A stretch of 24,127 nucleotides of DNA. It comes from a virus (Duplodnaviria; Heunggongvirae; Uroviricota; Caudoviricetes). Location: positions 1 to 24,127 of the IMG/VR virus record IMGVR_UViG_2703718829_000007, one strand, 5' to 3'. The notes under the pieces are model-generated. The model worked only from the letters and a program-made list of their open reading frames with translations. It ran no database searches and was not told where the DNA came from. This document shows positions 1 to 8,944 of this stretch, one piece after another; position 1 is the first letter of the stretch; the number at the start of each line of letters is the position of its first letter. The translations under genes were made by a program, and so were the position numbers.

Positions 1-165
1 AATATAGGGGCAAATCCAGAGTCACAGAGAACCCAGAAAGATATCAAAGTGGCTGTTGCGGATGATGGTTGTGCTGCACGCCTTGTGCCTGCTGCCGCTG
101 CTGAGCGGTTGCGGAAGTACGCGGACAGTTTACGTGAGCACTCCGGCTACAACATTACCGACTAG
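1..165 (+). CDS. i-spanin (Rz-like) C-terminal fragment, 5' end cut by window edge
   Basis: Frame 1 is open from position 1 to TAG at 163-165 and fully overlaps the start of the downstream lipoprotein ORF in another frame, the classic overlapped spanin arrangement. The call rests on position and architecture, not on recognised motifs. Confidence 0.4.
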   Translation, partial: NIGANPESQRTQKDIKVAVADDGCAARLVPAAAAERLRKYADSLREHSGYNITD

Positions 166-319
166 TCTGACTTCTGAAACACCTGTACCGTTCATACCAA
201 ATCCTCTGACTTATGGTGCCAGCCTGGAGCTGAATGTGAGTCTGTTGTCTGCACTGGCTAACTGCAATCGGGATAAAGCTGATATTCGTAAAATAGATGC
301 AGAGAGAACTAACCATTAA
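62..319 (+). CDS. o-spanin outer-membrane lipoprotein (Rz1/LysC-like)
   Basis: N-terminus MMVVLHALCLLPLLSGCGS has a signal peptide and lipobox (LLSGC); the mature part is Pro/Thr-rich, as in Rz1-type proteins. The ORF starts inside the upstream ORF in a different frame. The track start at 56 is a TTG; ATG at 62 is preferred. Confidence 0.6.
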   Translation: MMVVLHALCLLPLLSGCGSTRTVYVSTPATTLPTSLTSETPVPFIPNPLTYGASLELNVSLLSALANCNRDKADIRKIDAERTNH

Positions 320-340
320 GCAATAAAATTGTCAAATTAA

Positions 341-967
341 TCAGTTGTCAAATGAATATACGTTAAAGGTATATGTCGACATAATTTCACCAAGTACCTC
401 AATACATATACTTTTTTTATGAAAGATACTGGGGAAGGAACTTAGCTCTTCAAGGCATTGCACATAAGTGCTGATATCACTTGCATCACGTTCAAGGAAT
501 TTCACTTGGCCAAAAGAAGGAGTATTAATCCTAGTTCTTTGCTGGATTATATGGATAAAATGTGTAGTTGGTGAAACTATTACTCTTGAAATATCGGAAA
601 TGATGTCTTCTTGAACTTGCCGATAAAGTAAATCCTTTGGGTAATGGTGTTTGATCTCGATGGTTGCAACATTGCCATTATGTTCAGACGTTAATATCGA
701 CTGGTTATAAAGTGATATGTCAACAGCGCCGATACCGAGTTTTGGATGCTCACTTAAAGCAGTTAGTGTGCTGATTTGATTGAGAATAACAACTAACTCA
801 TCACGTATTTGAGTTTCATGTTTGCGATTGTAGAAGTAGCAATTCAGTTCATTTAACTTTTTATGCATCCTATCGTGACTAATTGCTTCGATCAGTAAAT
901 CCTGAATCATACTTTTCTCTAGGTAATCCGAACGGTTGTAAGTGACAGTATTGTGCTGGCATGTCAT
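341..967 (-). CDS. hypothetical protein, second gene of an AT-rich two-gene cassette
   Basis: 208-aa ORF on the strand opposite to the whole late operon, visibly AT-rich, lying 43 bp downstream of a co-directional 111-aa ORF. No motif recognised by eye. Confidence 0.55.
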   Translation of the reverse strand: MTCQHNTVTYNRSDYLEKSMIQDLLIEAISHDRMHKKLNELNCYFYNRKHETQIRDELVVILNQISTLTALSEHPKLGIGAVDISLYNQSILTSEHNGNVATIEIKHHYPKDLLYRQVQEDIISDISRVIVSPTTHFIHIIQQRTRINTPSFGQVKFLERDASDISTYVQCLEELSSFPSIFHKKSICIEVLGEIMSTYTFNVYSFDN

Positions 968-1010
968 TAGTATGTAAAGGTATTGTGAATGCCAGCAAGA
1001 TAACGAAGTA

Positions 1011-1346
1011 TCATCGATAGAAAAACTTTACGGCCCACTCGTAAACCGCTTTGTAAATCGGTTCATGGTAAATACTATCGATACTATTCAGATGTGCGAT
1101 CATCGCCTCCACAGTTGTAGTGGTTGTTTCTAATATTTCGATTATTGCAGGGCGGTCATCATCTTCATCGAAGTATTCGAACAGCAGTACAGGTTTACCA
1201 TGCCATTCAGCATCTGAGACTCTAAGGTTACAACTACCGCTCAACTCAAAGTGAATTTTGTAATTACCTTCTACAGAATGGCCTACGGGGAAAAAGCATA
1301 GGGTGTCATCTTTGTTTAAAAGCCATTCCCATTCATAACTATTCAT
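1011..1346 (-). CDS. hypothetical acidic protein, first gene of the AT-rich two-gene cassette
   Basis: The track ORF runs 1011..1364, but the second in-frame ATG (1344-1346) is preceded by AGGAG at 6-7 nt spacing, while the first ATG has no Shine-Dalgarno. The protein has an acidic stretch (FEYFDEDDDRP) and a TTTT run; no recognisable domain. Confidence 0.55.
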   Translation of the reverse strand: MNSYEWEWLLNKDDTLCFFPVGHSVEGNYKIHFELSGSCNLRVSDAEWHGKPVLLFEYFDEDDDRPAIIEILETTTTTVEAMIAHLNSIDSIYHEPIYKAVYEWAVKFFYR

Positions 1347-1496
1347 TTGTGAACTCCTGTTCATTGAGTTTCAACAACTATCAACTACATCCAGCGAAGC
1401 ATAAAAGATCGTTTATGGCAAAACCGGAGTGGAGTGCGATTCGATTCTGAGAAGGATGCCACGTATCGCACGCGAACCACCCAAGAGGATTATGCA

Positions 1497-1847
1497 ATGC
1501 CACCACGAACCCCAAAAGCCTGCCGTGTTCGCGGCTGCCGCCATACCACTACTGACCCGTCAGGCTACTGCGAAAGCCACAAAAGCGAAGGCTGGAAGCA
1601 ATACAAGCCAGGCCAGTCCCGACACCAGCGCGGTTATGGTTCGAAATGGGATGTTATCCGTGAACGTGTCCTGAAGCGTGACAAAGGCCTGTGCCAGTTG
1701 TGCCTGCGTGCTGGTGTGGTGCGTGAGGCGAAAACCGTTGATCACATCATCCCTAAAGCGCATGGCGGCACCGATGCAGACAGTAATCTGCAGAGCCTGT
1801 GCTGGCCGTGTCATAAGGCGAAGACGGCCCGTGAACGGCTGAAGTAA
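1497..1847 (+). CDS. HNH endonuclease, terminase-associated
   Basis: Cys pairs (CRVRGCRH...CESH) and an HNH motif (VDHIIPKAHGGTDADSNLQSLCWPCHKAK). ATG at 1497 is preceded by AGAGGA; the track start at 1434 is a GTG with no RBS. Sits directly upstream of the terminase genes, as in HK97-like phages. Confidence 0.85.
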   Translation: MPPRTPKACRVRGCRHTTTDPSGYCESHKSEGWKQYKPGQSRHQRGYGSKWDVIRERVLKRDKGLCQLCLRAGVVREAKTVDHIIPKAHGGTDADSNLQSLCWPCHKAKTARERLK

Positions 1848-1874
1848 GAACCAGTTCCCACTGCCAGAGGGGAG

Positions 1875-1933
1875 GGGCGGGTCAAATCCCTGTGACCTGA
1901 CGTCTTCCGGACTGCCCGCCCCATCGTTTTTTT
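1875..1933 (+). terminator. GC-rich hairpin plus T-tract between HNH and small terminase genes (terminator and/or cos-region candidate)
   Basis: GGGGCGGG (1875-1882) pairs with CCCGCCCC (1915-1922), followed by ATCG and a run of T's. Confidence 0.4.
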
Positions 1934-1972
1934 ATACCCGCGAAAAATGAAATTTAACCAGGAGTGCCGCAT

Positions 1973-2467
1973 ATGGCTGGAACGGCGGGGCGTTCCGGGC
2001 GTCGCCCCAAGCCAACGGCGCGCAAGGCGCTGGCCGGAAACCCCGGCAAGCGAGCCCTGAATAAAGATGAACCTGTTTTTACGCCCATCAAAGGTGTTGA
2101 GCCACCGGAGTGGTTCGCTGAAGAAGATCTCCCTCTCGCCACGATCATGTGGCAACTGACAACCAAAGAACTCTGCGGTCAGGGCCTGCTGTGCGTGACT
2201 GACCTGGCGGTGCTTGAGCGGTGGTGTGTGGCCTATGAGTTCTGGCGACGTGCCGTGAAAAATATTGCCAGACAGGGCAACACCATCACCGGTGCAATGG
2301 GCGGTATGGTCAAAAATCCTGAGCTGACCGCCAAAAAAGAACAGGAGTCCGAGATGAGCAGCACGGGGGCAATGCTCGGACTCGACCCCAGCAGCCGCCA
2401 GCGTCTGATTGGCCTGGCGGGGCAGAAGAAAGCTACTAACCCGTTTCTGAAAATCATCGAATCATGA
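1973..2467 (+). CDS. terminase small subunit (P27-family-like)
   Basis: Basic N-terminus ([27 protein letters not shown]) typical of P27-type small terminases. AGGAG lies 8 nt upstream of ATG 1973 (the track's GTG at 1964 falls inside that SD). The stop overlaps the large-subunit start (ATGA). Confidence 0.8.
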   Translation: MAGTAGRSGRRPKPTARKALAGNPGKRALNKDEPVFTPIKGVEPPEWFAEEDLPLATIMWQLTTKELCGQGLLCVTDLAVLERWCVAYEFWRRAVKNIARQGNTITGAMGGMVKNPELTAKKEQESEMSSTGAMLGLDPSSRQRLIGLAGQKKATNPFLKIIES

Positions 2468-4197
2468 GCCGGAAATCTTACCCCAACGTAAATGCTGCCA
2501 ATCAGTATGCCCGGGATGTCGTTCGCGGAAAGATTGTGGCCTGCCAGTTTGTGATTCAGGCCTGCCAGCGCCATCTTGATGACCTGATGGCGGAAAAAAG
2601 TAAGTCGTTTCGTTACCGCTTCGACAAGGACCTGGCTGAACGGGCCGCCAAATTTATTCAGCTGTTGCCGCACACCAAGGGTGAGTGGGCATTCAAGAGG
2701 ATGCCCATCACGCTGGAGCCGTGGCAGCTCTTTGTGATCTGCTGCGCGTTTGGCTGGGTCAATAAAGGCTCCCGGCTGCGCCGCTTCCGTGAGGTGTATA
2801 CCGAAATCCCCCGTAAGAACGGCAAATCGGCAATCTCTGCCGGTGTCGCCCTGTATTGTTTTGCCTGTGATAACGAGTTTGGCGCGGAAGTGTATTCCGG
2901 TGCCACGACAGAGAAACAGGCGTGGGAAGTCTTTCGCCCGGCGCGACTGATGTGTAAACGCACACCCATGCTGACGGAAGCGTTCGGGATTGAGGTTAAC
3001 GCCTCAAACATGAACCGTCCGGAGGATGGCGCGCGGTTTGAACCGCTGATCGGTAACCCCGGTGATGGTTCATCACCCCACTGTGCGGTGGTGGATGAAT
3101 ATCACGAGCACGCCACCGATGCGCTTTACACCACGATGCTTACCGGGATGGGGGCGCGACGTCAGCCACTGATGTGGGCCATTACTACTGCCGGGTACAA
3201 CATTGAGGGGCCGTGCTACGACAAGCGGCGGGAAGTTATCGAGATGCTCAACGGGTCGGTGCCTAACGATGAACTGTTCGGGATCATCTATACCGTTGAT
3301 GAAGGTGACGACTGGACCGACCCGCAGGTGCTGGAAAAAGCCAATCCAAATATTGGCGTGTCGGTTTATCGCGAATTTTTGTTAAGTCAGCAGCAGCGTG
3401 CGAAAAATAACGCCCGTCTGGCAAACGTCTTTAAAACAAAACACCTCAATATCTGGGTGTCGGCGCGTTCGGCGTATTTCAACCTGGTGAGCTGGCAGAG
3501 CTGCGAGGATAACTCACTGACCCTTGAGCAGTTCGAGGGGCAGCCGTGCATTCTGGCCTTTGACCTGGCGCGTAAGCTGGATATGAACAGCATGGCGCGA
3601 CTTTATACCCGCGAGATTGACGGTAAAACGCATTACTACAGTGTGGCCCCGCGGTTCTGGGTACCGTATGACACGGTGTACAGCGTCGAGAAAAATGAAG
3701 ATCGACGGACAGCCGAACGCTTTCAGAAATGGGTGGAAATGGGCGTTCTGACCGTTACCGATGGTGCAGAGGTGGATTATCGCTACATCCTCGAAGAGGC
3801 CAAAGCGGCGAACAAAATCAGCCCGGTCAGTGAGTCACCCATCGACCCTTTCGGAGCGACCGGGCTCTCACATGACCTTGCTGATGAAGACCTGAACCCC
3901 ATCACTATCATTCAGAACTACACCAACATGTCCGACCCGATGAAAGAGCTGGAAGCGGCAATTGAATCGGGGCGCTTTCATCATGATGGCAATCCCATCA
4001 TGACCTGGTGTATCGGCAACGTGGTCGGCAAAACCATTCCGGGTAACGATGATGTGGTGAAGCCCGTCAAAGAGCAGGCGGAAAACAAAATCGATGGTGC
4101 AGTTGCGCTGATTATGGCGGTTGGCAGAGCCATGCTGTACGAGAAAGAAGACACGCTGTCTGACCACATTGAGTCCTATGGGATCCGCTCGCTTTAA
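2464..4197 (+). CDS. terminase large subunit
   Basis: 577 aa with a Walker A-like motif (PRKNGKS) and a C-terminal nuclease-type region; translationally coupled to the small subunit. Confidence 0.93.
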
Positions 4198-4208
4198 CTG
4201 AGGTAATT

Positions 4209-4391
4209 ATGATCATGCTGATTCTCGCGCCTCTGGTGGGCGTGCTGGGGGCGCTTTTGCTGGCGTATGGTGCCTGGCTGATTTATCCCCCGGCGGGGTT
4301 TGTTGTTGCCGGGGCGTTGTGCCTGTTCTGGTCGTGGCTGGTGGCGCGATATCTCGACCGTACACAGTCGTCTGTCGGCGGAGGTAAATAG
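4209..4391 (+). CDS. small hydrophobic protein with two predicted transmembrane segments
   Basis: 60 aa, two hydrophobic stretches ([22 protein letters not shown] / [16 protein letters not shown]). GAGGT SD 5 nt upstream; the stop overlaps the GTG start of the portal gene. Confidence 0.5.
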
Positions 4392-5632
4392 TGTTCTTTT
4401 CGGGATTATTTCAACGAAAAAGTGACGCACCGGTGACCACGCCAGCAGAGCTGGCGGATGCTATCGGGTTGTCCTACGACTCCTATACCGGAAAGCAGAT
4501 CAGCAGCCAGCGGGCCATGCGACTGACGGCGGTTTTTTCCTGTGTCAGGGTGCTGGCGGAGTCGGTCGGGATGTTGCCCTGCAACCTGTATCACCTGAAC
4601 GGCAGCCTGAAGCAGAGAGCCACTGGCGAACGTCTGCATAAGCTGATCTCCACGCATCCCAATGGCTATATGACGCCGCAGGAGTTCTGGGAGCTGGTGG
4701 TCACCTGTCTGTGCCTGCGGGGAAACTTTTACGCCTACAAAGTGAAAGCATTTGGCGAAGTGGCTGAACTGCTGCCCGTCGATCCCGGCTGTGTGGTACC
4801 GAAGCTTAACAGTAGCTGGGAGCCGGTCTATCAGGTCACATTCCCGGATGGCTCCACGGATGTACTGAGCCAGGAAGATATCTGGCATGTGCGCACGCTG
4901 ACGCTGGACGGACTGGTGGGGCTGAATCCCATCGCCTATGCCCGCGAGGCAATATCGCTGGCAGCTGCGACCGAAGAGCACGGGGCCAGACTGTTCAGCA
5001 ATGGCGCGGTGACGTCGGGTGTGTTGCGTACAGAGCAGACGCTGTCAGATCAGGCTTATGAGCGCCTGAAGAAAGATTTTGAGGAGCGTCACACCGGGCT
5101 TGGCAATGCTCACCGCCCGATGATCCTTGAGATGGGGCTGGACTGGAAGTCGATGGCGCTGAACGCCGAGGACAGCCAGTTCCTGGAAACCCGCAAGTTT
5201 CAGCTTGAAGAAATCTGTCGTCTGTTCCGGGTGCCGTTGCACATGGTGCAGAACACCGATCGCGCCACCTTCAACAATATCGAAGAACTGGGGCTCGGAT
5301 TTATCAACTATTCACTGGTGCCGTATCTGACCCGCATCGAACAGCGGATCAACACCGGACTGGTACGAAAAAGTAAGCAGGGTGTTTATTACGCCAAATT
5401 TAACGCCGGGGCGTTACTGCGCGGGGATATGAAGTCCCGTTTTGAAGCCTACGCCACCGGGATTAACTGGGGAATTTACTCTCCCAATGACTGCCGCGAC
5501 CTGGAAGATATGAATCCGCGTCCCGGTGGGAATGTCTATCTCACACCGATGAACATGACCACGAAACCCTCCGATGGCAGTAAAGCCGGTAAGCAGAAGG
5601 ATAACGCCAATGCAGACGAAACAACGTCTTGA
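4391..5632 (+). CDS. portal protein (HK97 family)
   Basis: 413 aa directly after the terminase, GTG start with a GGAGGT SD; length and sequence character fit HK97-type portals. Confidence 0.9.
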   Translation: MFFSGLFQRKSDAPVTTPAELADAIGLSYDSYTGKQISSQRAMRLTAVFSCVRVLAESVGMLPCNLYHLNGSLKQRATGERLHKLISTHPNGYMTPQEFWELVVTCLCLRGNFYAYKVKAFGEVAELLPVDPGCVVPKLNSSWEPVYQVTFPDGSTDVLSQEDIWHVRTLTLDGLVGLNPIAYAREAISLAAATEEHGARLFSNGAVTSGVLRTEQTLSDQAYERLKKDFEERHTGLGNAHRPMILEMGLDWKSMALNAEDSQFLETRKFQLEEICRLFRVPLHMVQNTDRATFNNIEELGLGFINYSLVPYLTRIEQRINTGLVRKSKQGVYYAKFNAGALLRGDMKSRFEAYATGINWGIYSPNDCRDLEDMNPRPGGNVYLTPMNMTTKPSDGSKAGKQKDNANADETTS

Positions 5633-6260
5633 TGTACCGCTGAGTCTGAAATCTGTCAGTGACTCCGGTGAGTTTGAAGGGTATGGCTCCGTCTTTGGTG
5701 TAAAGGACAGCCACGATGATGTGGTGATGTCCGGGGCATTTGCTGCTTCCCTGCGGGCGTGGAGTGACAGAAAAGCGTTACCTGCGCTGCTCTGGCAGCA
5801 CCGCATGGATGAACCCATCGGTGTTTACACCGAAATGAAGGAAGACGATGTCGGGCTTTACGTCAGGGGACGGTTGCTTATTGATGATGATCCCCTCGCA
5901 AAACGCGCACATGCACACATGAAGGCCGGTTCGTTAACCGGCCTTTCTATTGGGTACGTCCTGAAAGACTGGGAATACGACCGGAGCAAAGAAGCCTTTC
6001 TGCTGAAAGAAATCGACCTCTGGGAAGTCAGCCTGGTGACGTTCCCGTCTAACGACGAGGCGCGGATCAGCGACGTCAAGAACGCACTGGCCCGCGGGGA
6101 AATCCCCGAACAGAAAAAAATCGAAAGAGTCCTGCGTGATGTCGGACTCTCCCGTACCCAGGCCAAAGCATTCATGGCCGGGGGCTATGGCGCACTGTCC
6201 CTGCGCGACGCTGAGGATGTGGGCTCTGCACTGAATGCACTGAAAAATCTGAACTTCTAA
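5610..6260 (+). CDS. prohead maturation protease (HK97 family)
   Basis: Contains ...GEFEGYGSVFGVKDSHDDVVMSGAFAASL..., typical of HK97-type prohead proteases. ATG 5610 has an AAGGA SD at 8 nt; the track start 5574 has none. Overlaps the portal 3' end. Confidence 0.88.
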   Translation: MQTKQRLDVPLSLKSVSDSGEFEGYGSVFGVKDSHDDVVMSGAFAASLRAWSDRKALPALLWQHRMDEPIGVYTEMKEDDVGLYVRGRLLIDDDPLAKRAHAHMKAGSLTGLSIGYVLKDWEYDRSKEAFLLKEIDLWEVSLVTFPSNDEARISDVKNALARGEIPEQKKIERVLRDVGLSRTQAKAFMAGGYGALSLRDAEDVGSALNALKNLNF

Positions 6261-6274
6261 TCAGGAGAAATACG

Positions 6275-7480
6275 ATGGCGGTTGATATTAAAGATGTCGA
6301 ACAGGTCGCGCAGGAGCTGCAGCAGAAGTTTGACGACTTCAAAGCAAAGAACGACAAGCGCGTGGATGCGATTGAGCAGGAAAAAGGCAAGCTTGCCGGG
6401 CAGGTGGAAACCCTGAACGGGAAACTCAGCGAGCTGGAAAATCTCAAAAGCGACCTTGAAAAAGAGCTTCTTGAGCTGAAACGTCCGGCTGGTGGAGCGC
6501 AAAATAAACTGGCCACCGAGCATAAAGAGGCGTTTGTGGGCTTCCTGCGTAAAGGCCGTGAAGACGGTCTGCGCGATCTGGAGCGTAAGGCATTGCAGGT
6601 GGGTACCGATGAAGACGGTGGCTACGCCGTGCCGGAAGAACTGGATCGCAACATTCTTAACCTGCTGAAAGATGAAGTGGTGATGCGTCAGGAAGCCACG
6701 GTGATCACCGTTGGCGGTTCCGACTACAAAAAACTGGTGAATCTGGGCGGTACGGCTTCCGGATGGGTGGGGGAAACGGATACGCGATCCCAGACTGCCA
6801 CCTCCAGACTGGAGCTGATTGAACCTCTCATGGGGGAAATTTACGGCAACCCGCAGGCTACCCAGAAAATGCTGGACGATGCCTTCTTCAACGTGGAGGC
6901 CTGGATCAACAGCGAGCTGGCAACCGAATTTGCCGAACAGGAAGAAATTGCCTTTACCTCAGGCGATGGCACCAAGAAGCCGAAAGGGTTCCTGGCGTAT
7001 GAATCCACTGATGAAACCGACAAGGTCCGGGCGTTCGGCAAACTTCAGCATATTGTATCCGGCGAAGCGACCGCGGTGACCGCAGACGCCATTATCAAAC
7101 TGATTTACACGCTGCGTAAGGCACACCGCACTGGCGCGAAGTTCATGATGAACAACAACAGCCTGTTTGCCATCCGTCTGCTTAAAGACAGCGAGGGTAA
7201 CTATCTGTGGCGTCCGGGGCTGGAACTGGGGCAGCCGTCCTCTCTGGCGGGTTACGGTATCGCTGAAAACGAACAGATGCCGGATATCGCCGCTGATGCG
7301 AAAGCCATTGCATTTGGTAACTTCAAACGGGGTTACACCATCGTTGACCGTATCGGCACCCGCATTCTGCGTGACCCGTACACCAATAAACCGTTTGTCG
7401 GTTTTTATACTACCAAGCGCACCGGCGGGATGCTGGTCGATTCGCAGGCCATCAAACTGCTGAAGATTGCAGCGGCGTAA
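6275..7480 (+). CDS. major capsid protein (HK97 fold) with N-terminal coiled-coil delta domain
   Basis: 401 aa; N-terminal ~100 aa are strongly coiled-coil (scaffold-like delta domain), followed by a capsid body. Strong AGGAG SD. Confidence 0.9.
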   Translation: MAVDIKDVEQVAQELQQKFDDFKAKNDKRVDAIEQEKGKLAGQVETLNGKLSELENLKSDLEKELLELKRPAGGAQNKLATEHKEAFVGFLRKGREDGLRDLERKALQVGTDEDGGYAVPEELDRNILNLLKDEVVMRQEATVITVGGSDYKKLVNLGGTASGWVGETDTRSQTATSRLELIEPLMGEIYGNPQATQKMLDDAFFNVEAWINSELATEFAEQEEIAFTSGDGTKKPKGFLAYESTDETDKVRAFGKLQHIVSGEATAVTADAIIKLIYTLRKAHRTGAKFMMNNNSLFAIRLLKDSEGNYLWRPGLELGQPSSLAGYGIAENEQMPDIAADAKAIAFGNFKRGYTIVDRIGTRILRDPYTNKPFVGFYTTKRTGGMLVDSQAIKLLKIAAA

Positions 7481-7487
7481 TCACTCA

Positions 7488-7515
7488 GGGGCGCGGAACC
7501 GCGCCCCCTGTTCTG
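7488..7515 (+). terminator. hairpin after the capsid gene (terminator/attenuator)
   Basis: GGGGCGCGG-AA-CCGCGCCCC is a perfect 9-bp GC stem, followed by CTGTTCTG. Confidence 0.5.
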
Positions 7516-7529
7516 ACGGGTGAAGAATC

Positions 7530-7730
7530 ATGATCCTGAAACAAGATCTGAAATGGTCACCGGACGGTATGCGTGTTGAGGTCATTCGGGCCGGTGAGTA
7601 TGACGACGGGGCACTTCCTGCCCGGGTGCAGGAGATTGCACTTCAGGCCGGGTTAGCAGAGCGCGGAATCAGTGCAAAAAGCAGTAAAGCGGCAAAAGAG
7701 AAAAAAGCCACGACCAGTAAAGAGGGCTGA
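7530..7730 (+). CDS. hypothetical small protein between capsid and connector genes
   Basis: 66-aa ORF that fits the gap in the operon; C-terminus is Lys/Ala/Ser-rich. No recognised domain. Confidence 0.4.
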   Translation: MILKQDLKWSPDGMRVEVIRAGEYDDGALPARVQEIALQAGLAERGISAKSSKAAKEKKATTSKEG

Positions 7731-7732
7731 GT

Positions 7733-8056
7733 ATGCTTCTGACAATGGAAGAGATTAAAGCCCAACTCCGGCTGGATGAGGATTTCGATGCTGATGACCG
7801 CCATCTGCAACTGCTGGCCTGTGCGGCACAAAAGCGGACGGAAACGTATCTGAACCGGAAGCTCTATGCACCGGATGAAACCATTCCGGACAGCGATCCG
7901 GACGGGCTGCACCTGCCGGATGATATTCGTCTGGGGATGCTGATGCTTATCAGCCATTTTTACGAAAACCGCTCGTCGGTTACGGAAGTGGAGAAACTCG
8001 ACATGCCGCAGAGTTTTGGCTGGCTTGTCGGCCCGTACAGGTACTTTCCGCAATGA
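7733..8056 (+). CDS. head-tail connector protein (gp6-like)
   Basis: 107 aa, N-terminus MLLTMEEIKAQLRLDEDFDADD, typical of gp6-like head-tail connector proteins; position after the capsid gene. Confidence 0.78.
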   Translation: MLLTMEEIKAQLRLDEDFDADDRHLQLLACAAQKRTETYLNRKLYAPDETIPDSDPDGLHLPDDIRLGMLMLISHFYENRSSVTEVEKLDMPQSFGWLVGPYRYFPQ

Positions 8057-8463
8057 AAATTCGTCAGGCGCAGACCAGCGCAACCTACATTCTGCCGGAC
8101 CCCGGCGAACTGAATAAACGCGTCCTGATCCGCCAGCGGGTGGATATGCCCGCGGATAACTTTGGCGTGGAGCCTCAATACCCGGTTGCGTTCCGGGCAT
8201 GGGCGAAGGTTATCCAGACCAGTGCCACCACCTGGCAGGAAACCGCGCAGACCGGAGATGCCATCACCCATTACATCACCATTCGCTACCGCCGGGGGAT
8301 CACTGCTGATTATGAGGTGGTCTGTGATGACAGTGTGTACCGGGTGAAACGTCAGCGCGATCTGAACGGGGCGCGGCGCTTTCTGCTGCTGGAGTGTACG
8401 GAACTGGGCGAATTTACGCAGAGTCACGGAGGCAGCAATGGCGACTCCCTTTTTGCACGTTGA
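8053..8463 (+). CDS. head-tail adaptor / head closure protein
   Basis: 136 aa, translationally coupled to the upstream gene; size and position match head closure proteins of HK97-like heads. Confidence 0.7.
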   Translation: MKIRQAQTSATYILPDPGELNKRVLIRQRVDMPADNFGVEPQYPVAFRAWAKVIQTSATTWQETAQTGDAITHYITIRYRRGITADYEVVCDDSVYRVKRQRDLNGARRFLLLECTELGEFTQSHGGSNGDSLFAR

Positions 8464-8944
8464 TGTTCAGCAGCCCGCGGAGATGCGCTTTAACCGCGCC
8501 CGTGTCCGGCGGGCGTTTGTCACGATTGGGCAGCGTCATATGCGTGATGCCCGTCGGCTGGTGATGCGCCGTGCGCGGTCGGCACCGGGTGAAAACCCCG
8601 GTTATCAGACCGGACGCCTGGCTCGTTCGATTGGCTACATGGTGCCGAGAGCCAGTAAAAAGCGAGCCGGTTTTATGACACGCATTGCCCCTAACCAGCG
8701 CAACGGGAAGGGGAACCGGATGATCTCTGGTGACTTTTATCCGGCGTTTCTGTTTTTTGGTGTCCGGGGAGGAGCAAAACGTCGTTGTAGTCATCATCGT
8801 GGTGCATCCGGTGGCAGCGGCTGGCGGCTGGCTCCACGTAATAACTTTATGGTGGAAACGCTTGAAAAGAACCGCAGCTGGACACGCTATTTTCTGGCGC
8901 GGGAATTACGTAAATCACTGAAGCCGGAGCGACGACACAGATGA
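8438..8944 (+). CDS. HK97 gp10-like neck/tail-joining protein
   Basis: 168 aa, basic, with a ...GYQTGRLARSIGY... region resembling HK97 gp10-family proteins. Confidence 0.7.
   Translation: MATPFLHVDVQQPAEMRFNRARVRRAFVTIGQRHMRDARRLVMRRARSAPGENPGYQTGRLARSIGYMVPRASKKRAGFMTRIAPNQRNGKGNRMISGDFYPAFLFFGVRGGAKRRCSHHRGASGGSGWRLAPRNNFMVETLEKNRSWTRYFLARELRKSLKPERRHR

Noticed and set aside
1429-1674. 81-aa ORF overlapping the 5' part of the HNH gene in another frame
   Set aside because: The HNH frame carries the conserved Cys and His motifs and a good RBS; the overlapping frame is Ala/Pro-rich with no signal.
2233-2673. Antisense or alternate-frame ORFs inside the terminase, portal, capsid, sheath and baseplate genes (for example 2233..2673 -, 4406..4981 -, 6172..6516 -, 7643..8200 -, 8887..9477 -, 15123..15620 -, 17350..17808 -)
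   Set aside because: They fully overlap well-supported structural genes, lack ribosome-binding sites and have low-complexity or Arg/Pro-rich composition typical of spurious ORFs in GC-rich DNA.
56-5574. Track-proposed start codons at 56 (TTG), 1434 (GTG), 1964 (GTG) and 5574 (ATG, no SD)
   Set aside because: Downstream in-frame ATGs at 62, 1497, 1973 and 5610 have proper Shine-Dalgarno sequences at 6-9 nt spacing and give N-termini typical of the respective families.
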